A model generated the notes under the pieces. The model did no database searches. It saw nothing but the letters and a program-made list of their open reading frames with translations, and had not been told where the DNA came from. A stretch of 64,000 nucleotides of DNA, from NCBI GenBank assembly GCA_036558345.1, contig DATBFV010000098.1, positions 11,513 to 75,512 on the forward strand. The letters run 5' to 3'. Shown in pieces: positions 45,180-53,506 of the stretch. The position numbers and the translations under genes were made by a program. This stretch comes from Gemmatimonadales bacterium (lineage in GTDB: Bacteria > Gemmatimonadota > Gemmatimonadetes > Gemmatimonadales > GWC2-71-9). Every line of letters starts with the position of its first letter. The first letter of the stretch is position 1.

Positions 45180-46838
45180 TCAGCTCGCGGCGGCGAGGCG
45201 CAGGCGCGGCGCGCGCTTCTCGACGCCGCGCACCCAGACGATCCGCGGCTCCAGCTTGAAGGCGCGCTCAAACAATCCGGATTTGCGCTCGGCGTCCCAA
45301 ATCTCCACGCGCGGGTCGGTGCGCGCCTGCACTGTCAATTCGACAAAGCCGCGATGCACCGCGCAGGTCGCTTCGGTGATGCGCTGCGTGTGGGTGCGGT
45401 CCAGGCCGTCGGCCACGCGCAGGATCCCGGCGAGCCGTCGCACCAACCGGCGGTCGCCGCGCTCGAGACGAGCGAACGCGCTGTGGCGCTTGGAGGGGTA
45501 CGCCTTGCGATGGTAGCGCGCCACGCACGCGATGAGCTCCAGCTCGCGCTGCGTGAATCCCAGCAGATCGCCGTGCAGAATGAGATGGTAGGCGTGCTTG
45601 TGGTGCTTCGCGTGATTGATCACGTACCCGATGTCGTGCAGCAGCGCCGCGGCTTCCAGTAATTCGCGCCCTTCCGAGGGCAGCTCGAACCGCTCGGCCA
45701 GGCCGTCGAACAGCTGCGTGGCGAGGTGCGCGACGTGCTCACAGTGCCGCTCGCTGGAGTGACATTGCCGCGCGAACGCGCGGGCGGAGTCGAGACGGTA
45801 CGGCCGCCGGCTGCCTTCTGAGGTATCGCGCTGCAGCTGATCCGCGATCATGGCCAGCAACAGCCCGTCCCGCAGCCCGCCGCCGTTCACGAGGATTTGC
45901 TGGGTGTCGAGTCGCTTCGCGAGCCGCGCAATAGCGGCGGCGCCCGCGACGATGATGTCCGCGCGCTTGGGATTCAAACCCGCGATCTCTCGACGCTCGG
46001 CCAGCGGCGCGGCGCGCAGCCGGTGCAGCAGGTGCACGACGTCCGCGCGCGACATCGCATAGCCCTGCACGTTGCGCGGGTCGCCCTCGCGCTCGATCTG
46101 CACCATCTGCGCAAGATTGGTGAACGTCCCGCCGCTGCCGATCATGATCTCGGGATGAAATGGCGGCTTGCGCAGCTGCTGATCGAGCACGCGATCGATG
46201 CCGCGGCGCAGGCGGCGCCAGCGTTTGGGCGACAATGCGTCGTCGCCGCCGTAGCGCTCGGTCAGCCGGACCGCGCCGAGCGGCAGCGTCAGCACCTCGT
46301 CGACCACGGCACCCGCGGTCAGCGTCACCTCCAGACTTCCGCCGCCGATATCCACGATCGCCACCGAGCGCCCAGACAGATCGAAATGATGGAGCGCGCT
46401 GCGCAGCGCGAGCTGGGCTTCCTCCTCTCCCGTGATGATCTCGACGCGCAGCCCGCAGCGCCGCCGCACTTCCTGGCAGAACGCACGGCCGTTCGTCGCT
46501 TCCCGGACGGCGCTCGTGGCCACCGCGCGGAGCTCGGTGACTTCGAAGCCCTTGGCGATCGTTTTCATTTTTGCGAGCGCGGCCAGCGACCGCTCCATCG
46601 GCTCGCTGAGCAACCGGCCGCGCGCGAACAGGCCGTGACCCAGGCGGGTCATTTCGCGCTCTTCCTCCAGGACGCGGTAGCGGCCATCGGCATCGACTTC
46701 GGCCACGACCAGCCGGATGGAGTTCGTGCCAATATCGATCGCCCCCAGGCGTAAGGGGGCAGGACCACGGGAGGCAGCAGGCATATCCCTCAAAGAATAC
46801 CGCCTATCGAAAGACTGCGCTGAAACAGCATTTGTCAC
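45180..46838 (-). CDS. ppx: exopolyphosphatase (Ppx/GppA) with C-terminal HD domain
   Basis: LGAIDIGTNSIRLVVAE...VATSAVREA.N...DIGGGS.E, then LLHDIGY.I....HHKH.YHLI. The start may instead be ATG 46784 (MPAASRG...). Confidence 0.9.
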   Translation of the reverse strand: MTNAVSAQSFDRRYSLRDMPAASRGPAPLRLGAIDIGTNSIRLVVAEVDADGRYRVLEEEREMTRLGHGLFARGRLLSEPMERSLAALAKMKTIAKGFEVTELRAVATSAVREATNGRAFCQEVRRRCGLRVEIITGEEEAQLALRSALHHFDLSGRSVAIVDIGGGSLEVTLTAGAVVDEVLTLPLGAVRLTERYGGDDALSPKRWRRLRRGIDRVLDQQLRKPPFHPEIMIGSGGTFTNLAQMVQIEREGDPRNVQGYAMSRADVVHLLHRLRAAPLAERREIAGLNPKRADIIVAGAAAIARLAKRLDTQQILVNGGGLRDGLLLAMIADQLQRDTSEGSRRPYRLDSARAFARQCHSSERHCEHVAHLATQLFDGLAERFELPSEGRELLEAAALLHDIGYVINHAKHHKHAYHLILHGDLLGFTQRELELIACVARYHRKAYPSKRHSAFARLERGDRRLVRRLAGILRVADGLDRTHTQRITEATCAVHRGFVELTVQARTDPRVEIWDAERKSGLFERAFKLEPRIVWVRGVEKRAPRLRLAAAS

Positions 46839-46844
46839 GAACGC

Positions 46845-46862
46845 GCTACATTCATGTAACTG
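46845..46862 (-). promoter_or_regulatory. weaker Pho-box-like pair, also a short palindrome
   Basis: The minus strand reads CAGTTACatgaATGTAGC (11-bp phasing). The same DNA contains TACATtcATGTA (46847-46858), which could equally be an ArsR-type operator. Confidence 0.25.
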
Positions 46863-46987
46863 GGTGGTGTATTAGGCCAATCGACCGATTGCGGTGGAGT
46901 CCTCGCCGGATAGTTTCAGCCCCGACGAAGCGAGACGCGTTGCCCTTGGGTGTCTCGCAACCGGTGGTGTGTCAAAAGGAGAATCCG

Positions 46988-47344
46988 GTGACTGCCCGCC
47001 CGATCGCTGATTTGCTGGTCACGCTCGCCGAGCCCACCCGGCTACGCATCCTGAACTGTCTGTCCGCGGCCCCTCTGTTCGTGTCGGATCTCGCGACGAT
47101 TCTCGAGATCCCCGATCAAGCTGTCAATGAGCATATGGATCAACTGGAATCGCTCGGCCTGGTGCGGACTTACGTCGTCATCCCCTACCTGCTGTACACG
47201 CTGGCGCCGCAACCCGGCACTCGCGAGCGGCTGCTCCGGTCCGTCCTCGATGCCGTGCGTACCGATCCCGCGGCGCAGGCCGAGCGTGCGGCGGCACTCG
47301 ACCGCTCCCGCTCGCGGCTCGAGACTCGTGTCCGGGCGTCCTGA
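46988..47344 (+). CDS. ArsR/SmtB-family winged-helix transcriptional regulator
   Basis: AAGGAG lies 7 nt before GTG 46988. LAEPTRLRILNCLSAAPLFVSDLATILEIPDQAVNEHMDQLESLGLV is the ArsR HTH. It lacks the CVC metal site. Confidence 0.75.
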   Translation: MTARPIADLLVTLAEPTRLRILNCLSAAPLFVSDLATILEIPDQAVNEHMDQLESLGLVRTYVVIPYLLYTLAPQPGTRERLLRSVLDAVRTDPAAQAERAAALDRSRSRLETRVRAS

Positions 47345-48095
47345 GACCGCCGAGCCACATCGCATTCTCGTCGTCGACGACGAGCCCGACATCACGGCTC
47401 TCGTCGCCTATCACCTCGCGAAAGAAGGCTATCGCGTCACGACGGCCGGTACCGGCGCTGACGCGCTTCGCTCGGCGCGCGAGGAACGGCCCGATATGGT
47501 GGTTTTGGATCTCATGCTGCCGGGGCACTCGGGATTCGAAGTGTTGACCGAGCTGCGCCGCCGCGAGGAAACGCGCGATGTCGGCGTCCTGTTGCTGACG
47601 GCGCGCAAGGAAGAGCCCGATCGCATCAAGGGTCTCTCGCTCGGCGCCGACGATTATCTCGCCAAACCGTTTTCGCCCAAAGAACTCGTGTTGCGCGTCG
47701 GCGCGATCCTGCGACGACTCGCCGCGCCGCCCGTCGCGAGCGGCGGACGGCTCGTCGGCGGCCCTATCGTCCTCGACCGCACCGCGCATCGCGTGACGGC
47801 GGAAGGGAAAGACGTCGAGCTCACCGCGACCGAATTCAAACTGCTCGAGCGTCTGATCGAGCGGCGGGACCGGGTCCAGTCAAGGTCGCAGCTGCTCGAA
47901 TCCGTGTGGCAGGCGCAACCGGATATCCAGACGCGTACCGTGGACATGCACGTCCAGCGCCTCCGCACCAAGCTCGGCGCGGCGGGCGACTGGATCGAGA
48001 CTGTCCGCGCCGTCGGTTATCGCTTTCGCGAACCGGCGGCGACTCCCAAGCGAAGCCCGACGGCACCCGGCGCTCCGCGACGGCGGCGTTCATGA
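47328..48095 (+). CDS. phoB: OmpR/PhoB-family response regulator
   Basis: HRILVVDDEPDITALVAYHLAKEGYRV...DMVVLDLMLPGHSGFEV...LLLTARKEE.DRIKGLSLGADDYLAKPFSPKEL plus a winged helix (LTATEFKLLERL...VDMHVQRLRTKLG...IETVRAVGYRF). The GTG at 47328 overlaps the arsR-like 3' end by 17 nt. Confidence 0.8.
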   Translation: MSGRPETAEPHRILVVDDEPDITALVAYHLAKEGYRVTTAGTGADALRSAREERPDMVVLDLMLPGHSGFEVLTELRRREETRDVGVLLLTARKEEPDRIKGLSLGADDYLAKPFSPKELVLRVGAILRRLAAPPVASGGRLVGGPIVLDRTAHRVTAEGKDVELTATEFKLLERLIERRDRVQSRSQLLESVWQAQPDIQTRTVDMHVQRLRTKLGAAGDWIETVRAVGYRFREPAATPKRSPTAPGAPRRRRS

Positions 48096-49801
48096 GACTC
48101 GTCACGCGGCTGTTCGCGAGCATCGGACTGCTCGTGGCTGCCGCGGTCGTTGGATCGATCATCGCCACCGATGTACTGCTCCGGCGTCATCTCGAACGAG
48201 AAGTCGCGGTCGAGTTGGAGCGCGAAGCGCGCCTCGTCGCGGCGTTCGCGTCGGCCGACTCCGCGCGCTGGCCGGAATTTGCCCAGGCAACGGGCGAGCG
48301 GTTAGGACGACGGGTGACGCTGATCGACCCCGAAGGTCACGTGCGGGGGGACACCGAATTCGACCGGCTCTCGCTCGCGCGGCTCGAGAATCACCGCACC
48401 CGTCCTGAGGTTCGTGCCGTGCTCGACTCGGCGCGGAGCGTGGGTGTCAACGAACGGCTGAGCGCATCGACCAACGAGCGGCAGTTGTACGTGGCCATTC
48501 GGGACGGACCGCCCGGTCTCGCCGTGGTGCGGGTGTCCACCACACTCGCGACCGTGGATGCGCAGGTCCACGCCGTCCAGCGCGCCGTTGCGATCGCCGG
48601 ACTCCTGATGCTCGTGGCGGCCTGGTTCGTCGCCTGGTTGCTCGCCGCCGCGCTTGCCCGGCCGCTGGTCAGCATTGCCGACGCGGCGCGCGACATTGCC
48701 GCCGGCCGGCCGGCCGAGTTTCCCGACGTGAGCGGACCTGAGTTGGGGCATCAGGTGGATGCGCTGCGCGCGATGCATCACGAGCTCGAGCGCCGCTTCG
48801 AAGACCTGCGGCGCGAGCGCGAAGAGTCGCAGACTCTGCTCGAGGCGTTGTCGGATGGCGTTCTCGCCGCGGACAAACGCGGCGTCGTGATCTCCACGAA
48901 TGCGGCCGCGCGCCACCTCCTGGGCTACCGCGACGACGAGCCGCTCCCGCCGCTGGGCGAGCTGTTTCACGATCGCAACCACCGCGCGTTGATGCGCGAG
49001 ATCCTGACCGGCGCTGCCGTGGAAGGCCGCGAGCTCGATCTGGGCGACCGGACCGTGCTCGTCTCGGCACGCCCGCTGGAGGAGGGAGGCACGCTGCTGG
49101 TGATGAGCGACGTCACCGACGTGCGACGGCTCGAAACGATTCGCCGTGATTTCGTCGCCAACGTGTCGCACGAGCTGAAGACACCGCTTACGGCGATCGC
49201 AGGCTATGCGGAGACGCTCGCCGCCGAATCCACAGATTCGCAGCTGACCGGTTTCGCCCAGACGATCGTGGACAACGCGCGGCGCATGCAGCGCCTGGTC
49301 GACGATCTCCTCGACCTGTCGAGGATCGAATCGGGCGGCTGGCACCCCGAGCCGCAGAAGATCGGTGTGGAGGCCGCGGCGCGAGAAGCGTGGATGCCAT
49401 TCGCCGAGCGCGCCGCAAGCCGGAAAATCAAGCTCGAGACGGAGACGGATTCGGCGTCCGTGAACAGCGATCCCGAAGCGCTCCGGCAGATTTTCACGAA
49501 CCTGTTCGACAACGCGTTACGCCATACGCCGGCCGGTGGCCGAATTCGCGTAGTGGTGCAACGCGCCGGCAATGCGACCCTGATCCGTGTGATCGACACC
49601 GGCGCGGGTATCCCCGCCGATCACCTGCCCCGCATTTTCGAGCGCTTCTATCGAGTCGATCCCGGACGGTCCCGCCAGGAGGGCGGCACCGGGCTGGGCC
49701 TCGCGATCGTGAAGCACCTCGTGGAGGCCCATGGTGGGCGTGTGGAAGCCGAAAGTGAGATCGGACGGGGCACCACAATCCTTTTGTATTTCCCGACTTA
49801 G
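48092..49801 (+). CDS. phoR: PhoR-like sensor histidine kinase (2 TM, HAMP, PAS, HisKA, HATPase)
   Basis: The ATG overlaps the phoB stop (ATGA). RRDFVANVSHELKTPLTAIAGYAETL, NLFDNALRHTP, DTGAGIP, GGTGLGLAIVKHLVEAHGG. Confidence 0.8.
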   Translation: MRLVTRLFASIGLLVAAAVVGSIIATDVLLRRHLEREVAVELEREARLVAAFASADSARWPEFAQATGERLGRRVTLIDPEGHVRGDTEFDRLSLARLENHRTRPEVRAVLDSARSVGVNERLSASTNERQLYVAIRDGPPGLAVVRVSTTLATVDAQVHAVQRAVAIAGLLMLVAAWFVAWLLAAALARPLVSIADAARDIAAGRPAEFPDVSGPELGHQVDALRAMHHELERRFEDLRREREESQTLLEALSDGVLAADKRGVVISTNAAARHLLGYRDDEPLPPLGELFHDRNHRALMREILTGAAVEGRELDLGDRTVLVSARPLEEGGTLLVMSDVTDVRRLETIRRDFVANVSHELKTPLTAIAGYAETLAAESTDSQLTGFAQTIVDNARRMQRLVDDLLDLSRIESGGWHPEPQKIGVEAAAREAWMPFAERAASRKIKLETETDSASVNSDPEALRQIFTNLFDNALRHTPAGGRIRVVVQRAGNATLIRVIDTGAGIPADHLPRIFERFYRVDPGRSRQEGGTGLGLAIVKHLVEAHGGRVEAESEIGRGTTILLYFPT

Positions 49802-49804
49802 GTC

Positions 49805-49844
49805 TCGTTACAAACACGTAGCGTAGTCGTCATCAGCCGTTGAC
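49805..49844 (+). promoter_or_regulatory. candidate Pho-box array between phoR and the GT4 gene
   Basis: TCGTTACaaacACGTAGCgtagTCGTCAT (49805-49833) has exact 11-bp phasing. It is followed by CCGTTGA/CGTTGAC at 49837-49844. Confidence 0.35.
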
Positions 49845-49866
49845 GCATCAGAGCCATCGTTGGCTC

Positions 49867-51018
49867 GTGCGAATTGCGCTCGTAACAGACACTTACACGC
49901 CGCAGGTCAACGGCGTCACGACCGTGGTCGTTCGGATCGCGAATGCGTTGCGCGAGTTCGGACACAAGGTCGCCGTCGTCGCGCCGCGCTACCCCGGCCA
50001 CGTATCAACCGACGCCAACGAGCTGCGGATTCCGTCCGCCGCGTTTCCGCCGTATCCCGCGATCCGCCTGTCACTGCCGCAATTCGGCGCCGTCGAGCGC
50101 TTCCTCCACCCATTCGAGCCCGAGCTCGTCCACGTCGCGACGGAAGGTCCGCTCGGCCTCACTGGACGCCGCTACGCGGTGCGGCACCGCATCCCGCTCG
50201 TCACCTCGTACCACACGAATTTTCCGCAGTACGCCCGGCATTACGGCGCCGGCCTCGCCGAGCCGCTCGTGTGGAAGTGGCTGCGCTGGTTTCATCGCCC
50301 AGCGGTGCTCACGCAGACGCCCGGCGAAGCCGTCGCGCGCGAGCTCGAGCGCCGCGGCATCGGGCGGCCGGTGGTATGGGGTCGCGGCGTGGATACGACG
50401 CACTTCCGGCCTGAGCGGCGCAGTACCGGCTGGCGCCGGTGGCTGGCGGGTGGTGACGACACCGCGATCGTACTGCACGTGGGACGGCTCGCGCCGGAGA
50501 AAAACATCGAAGTGCTCACGCAAGCGTGGACAGCCGCGCACGAGCATGCGCGCCAGCGCGCCACGTTTGTGCTCGCCGGCGAAGGACCCGAGACGCGGCG
50601 ACTCGTGACCCAGATGCCCTGGGTGCGCCAGCTCGGCTTTCTGGACCGCGCCAAGCTTGCCGACATCTACGCGAGTGCCGACATCTGCGTACTGCCGTCC
50701 AGGACGGAGACCTGCGGACTCGTCGCCCTCGAAGCGATGGCGTCCGGGCTCGCCGTCATCGCGGCCGATGCCGGCGGTTTCCGTGAGAGCATCACGCACG
50801 GGCAATCCGGTCGGCTCGTCGCACCAGACGATGTCACCGGTTTCGCCGCCGAGATTCTGTCACTCGTGATTTCACCGCCGCGGCGGGCGGAGTTAGGCCG
50901 TGCCGCGCGCGCCACGGCCGTCGCCCGCGACATTGCACCCGAGAATCTCGAGCTGCTCCGCCAGTACGCGAAAGCCGCAGGCCTCTCTGACGCTGGAGCG
51001 ACCTCATGCGCCGCGTAG
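49867..51018 (+). CDS. GT4-family (GT-B) glycosyltransferase
   Basis: VRIALVTDTYTPQVNGVTTVV N-terminus from GTG 49867. C-terminal EX7E region SRTETCGLVALEAMASGLAVIA. Confidence 0.8.
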   Translation: MRIALVTDTYTPQVNGVTTVVVRIANALREFGHKVAVVAPRYPGHVSTDANELRIPSAAFPPYPAIRLSLPQFGAVERFLHPFEPELVHVATEGPLGLTGRRYAVRHRIPLVTSYHTNFPQYARHYGAGLAEPLVWKWLRWFHRPAVLTQTPGEAVARELERRGIGRPVVWGRGVDTTHFRPERRSTGWRRWLAGGDDTAIVLHVGRLAPEKNIEVLTQAWTAAHEHARQRATFVLAGEGPETRRLVTQMPWVRQLGFLDRAKLADIYASADICVLPSRTETCGLVALEAMASGLAVIAADAGGFRESITHGQSGRLVAPDDVTGFAAEILSLVISPPRRAELGRAARATAVARDIAPENLELLRQYAKAAGLSDAGATSCAA

Positions 51019-51833
51019 TGCTCGTCCTTGCGGATGGTCTCCGCCCCGACGCCATCACGCCGACCGACATGCCCTCGCTCGACGCGCTGGCTCGGGCGTT
51101 CACCACCGCGCTCCGCGCCAACACCGTTCGGCCGAGCCGCACAGTGGCGGCGCTCGCGTCCCTCGCGACCGGCGTCGCGCCCAAAACGCATGGCTTGATC
51201 GAGCCGGGCCTCGGATTCCTGAAACGACTGCCGAGCTTGCGGCCGCTGGCTCGAGAGCTGACGCGCGGCGCCGTCGCGAGTCAGGTCGTCGCGAGTGAGC
51301 TGCTGCCTTCCGAGCGCGCGGTCCTGTGGGCGCTCACCAAGGCCGCGGGCCTCGGCAAGTACCGCTCCGCAGGGCTGCGCGCGCGAGAAGTCGCACGCGC
51401 GGCGCAGGCGGCTACGCTCGCGCAGTCCGCCGGCCTCGTGTTCGTGTATCTGAACGACTGCGATCAGGCCGGCCACGCGCACGGCTGGATGTCACCGCAG
51501 TACCGGGCGGCGGCCGTTGAGGTAGACGCGGCGATCGGCGTGCTGGCGGACCTGACCGATCACACGCTGCTGATCGTGATGGCGGATCACGGGGGCGGCG
51601 GCGTGACAACGCACGATCACGCCGAGCCTCACCCGATCAATGATCACATTCCGCTCATTCTCGCCGGTCCCGACGTCACCCGTCATCACCAGCTCACGCG
51701 GCAGGTCTCACTGCTCGACATCCCGCCGACGCTGCTCTGGTGGTTTGGCTTGGACGTGCCGGTGTGTTACGAGGGTCGCGTGCTGACGCAGGCGTTCACG
51801 CGCACGAGCGAACCGATCGAGGCGGCCGTCTGA
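51006..51833 (+). CDS. cytoplasmic alkaline-phosphatase-superfamily enzyme, type I phosphodiesterase/nucleotide pyrophosphatase (NPP) family
   Basis: VLVLADGLRPD (metal Asp). VRPSRTVAALASLATGVAPKTHGLI (nucleophile Thr context). DQAGHAHG, MADHGG. No signal peptide. The start overlaps the GT4 stop by 13 nt. Confidence 0.7.
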   Translation: MRRVVLVLADGLRPDAITPTDMPSLDALARAFTTALRANTVRPSRTVAALASLATGVAPKTHGLIEPGLGFLKRLPSLRPLARELTRGAVASQVVASELLPSERAVLWALTKAAGLGKYRSAGLRAREVARAAQAATLAQSAGLVFVYLNDCDQAGHAHGWMSPQYRAAAVEVDAAIGVLADLTDHTLLIVMADHGGGGVTTHDHAEPHPINDHIPLILAGPDVTRHHQLTRQVSLLDIPPTLLWWFGLDVPVCYEGRVLTQAFTRTSEPIEAAV

Positions 51834-52261
51834 TGCGCTGGCTCACCCACCTCGGCGGCGCGCGCGTGATGATCGGGATCGGCTTGCTGCTGATCGCGGT
51901 CGGTGAACAACTCCTTGGAGTCGCGGCGCTGTTCGCTTTGACCACATCCCATATCATGGTCCAGGTCCTGAAGCGCGCCGTCGCGCGGCCGCGGCCCTGC
52001 GACGCCAACGGCCGGCTGCTCGCGCTCATCGATCTGCCGGATCCCTACTCGTTCCCTTCTGGCCATGCCGCGGCCGCGTGCGCCGTGGGTGGAACGATCG
52101 TCCTCGCCCATCCCCTGCTCGCCCCCATCGTGGTTCCGCTCGCGGGTCTGATCGCCGCGTCGCGCGTGACGCTGCGGGTGCACCACGTGGGGGACGTCAT
52201 CGCCGGCGTCCTGTTGGGCCTGGCGGGCGCCGTCGGCGCCGCGCTTCTCATCCTGCACTGA
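51833..52261 (+). CDS. PAP2-family membrane phosphatase
   Basis: All three PAP2 motifs are present: KRAVARPRP, PSGH, SRVTLRVHHVGD. 142 aa, about 4 TM. The ATG overlaps the NPP stop (TGATG). Confidence 0.8.
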   Translation: MRWLTHLGGARVMIGIGLLLIAVGEQLLGVAALFALTTSHIMVQVLKRAVARPRPCDANGRLLALIDLPDPYSFPSGHAAAACAVGGTIVLAHPLLAPIVVPLAGLIAASRVTLRVHHVGDVIAGVLLGLAGAVGAALLILH

Positions 52262-52347
52262 ATCGACCATGTGCCCGGCGGCGGAGTGCACGGCCGTCCG
52301 TCCGGGTGCCCAGGTAGCGGAGGCTCGCATGGCTCCGCTATCTGCGT

Positions 52348-52365
52348 CTGTTACACAGCCGTGAC
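52348..52365 (+). promoter_or_regulatory. candidate Pho box upstream of porin-pstS
   Basis: CTGTTACacagCCGTGAC is two consensus heptamers 11 bp apart. It ends 80 nt upstream of the porin GTG. Confidence 0.45.
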
Positions 52366-52444
52366 ATTCAAAAGGCTGTTCGGTGATGCTCCGGGGCGAG
52401 TCTTGGGTGCGCAATCACTTCCCCTTTTCCGAGGAGCACATACC

Positions 52445-53482
52445 GTGCACGTACGACAACTGTTGAGCCTCGCTGCGGCAGGCGCCCTCAGCGCGACGAC
52501 GGCTGCCAGCCTCTGCGCCCAGGCCCCTCAGGCGCCCCAGGTGAGCGTGAGTGGCGTGGTTTATGGGCAGTATCTGTATCAGTTGAAGGACAGCCTCGGT
52601 GCGGGCAACCAGAATCAGTTCTCCATCCAGCGCTCCTACGTCAACGTAATCGGCCGATTCGCCGGTGGCGTGCAAACGCGTGTGACGGCTGACATCGCCC
52701 CGACCGGCACCGGCAATCAACAGTTCCGCCTCAAGTACGCGTATTTCGGCTGGACCCCGGCGAACGGCAACCTGACATACAAGCTCGGCCTCATCCACAC
52801 GCCGTATATCGATTGGGCCGAGACATTGTGGGACTATCGCATGCAGGGTCCGATTGCGGTTGATCGCAATGGCTATATGAGCTCCGCCGACTTCGGTGCC
52901 GGAGTCGACGGCCACTGGAACAGCGAGCAGGTGAACGCGCAGATCGCGTTCGTCAACGGCGAAGGCTACTCGGGCGGCACGGGAGACAACCACAAGGATA
53001 TCCAGGCGCGCGTCTCAGTTCGTCTCTCGAAGACTAACGACGCCAGCAGGGTTGGCGGGCTGCGCCTGACGGGCTACGCGGGGATTGGAGCACCGACGAG
53101 CGGTGGAACGCGCAACCGCTTCCTGGGCAACCTTTCCTACAAGTCCCAGCAGATCACACTGGCGGCCGAGTACACCATCAGCAAGGACACCGTGACCGCG
53201 ACGCCAGTCGCCGAGACCAACGGTAGCATCATGAGCGCATTCGGCGTCTACAAATTCAAGAATAGCAAGGCAGCCGTCATCGGTCGGGTCGACCTGCTTG
53301 ATCCCAATACCGACACGGACAACAACAAGCAGACGCGTGTAATCGCCGGCGTCTCGTATCAAGCGACAGCCAATCTCCGCCTCCTGCTCGACGCCGACCT
53401 CCTCTCGTACGAAGGCGGTGCGACTCCGGTGCAGGACGCGCAGCGGCAGCGCGCGCTGTTCCAGGCGCAATTCACGTTCTAA
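52445..53482 (+). CDS. outer-membrane porin, probably phosphate-selective (OprO/OprP-like)
   Basis: GAGGAG lies 8 nt before GTG 52445. Signal peptide VHVRQLLSLAAAGALSATTAASLCAQA. Alternating beta-strand pattern, ending in ...FQAQFTF. pstS lies 24 nt downstream. Confidence 0.55.
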   Translation: MHVRQLLSLAAAGALSATTAASLCAQAPQAPQVSVSGVVYGQYLYQLKDSLGAGNQNQFSIQRSYVNVIGRFAGGVQTRVTADIAPTGTGNQQFRLKYAYFGWTPANGNLTYKLGLIHTPYIDWAETLWDYRMQGPIAVDRNGYMSSADFGAGVDGHWNSEQVNAQIAFVNGEGYSGGTGDNHKDIQARVSVRLSKTNDASRVGGLRLTGYAGIGAPTSGGTRNRFLGNLSYKSQQITLAAEYTISKDTVTATPVAETNGSIMSAFGVYKFKNSKAAVIGRVDLLDPNTDTDNNKQTRVIAGVSYQATANLRLLLDADLLSYEGGATPVQDAQRQRALFQAQFTF

Positions 53483-53506
53483 CCAGACCTTGGAGAAAAC
53501 TCACTC

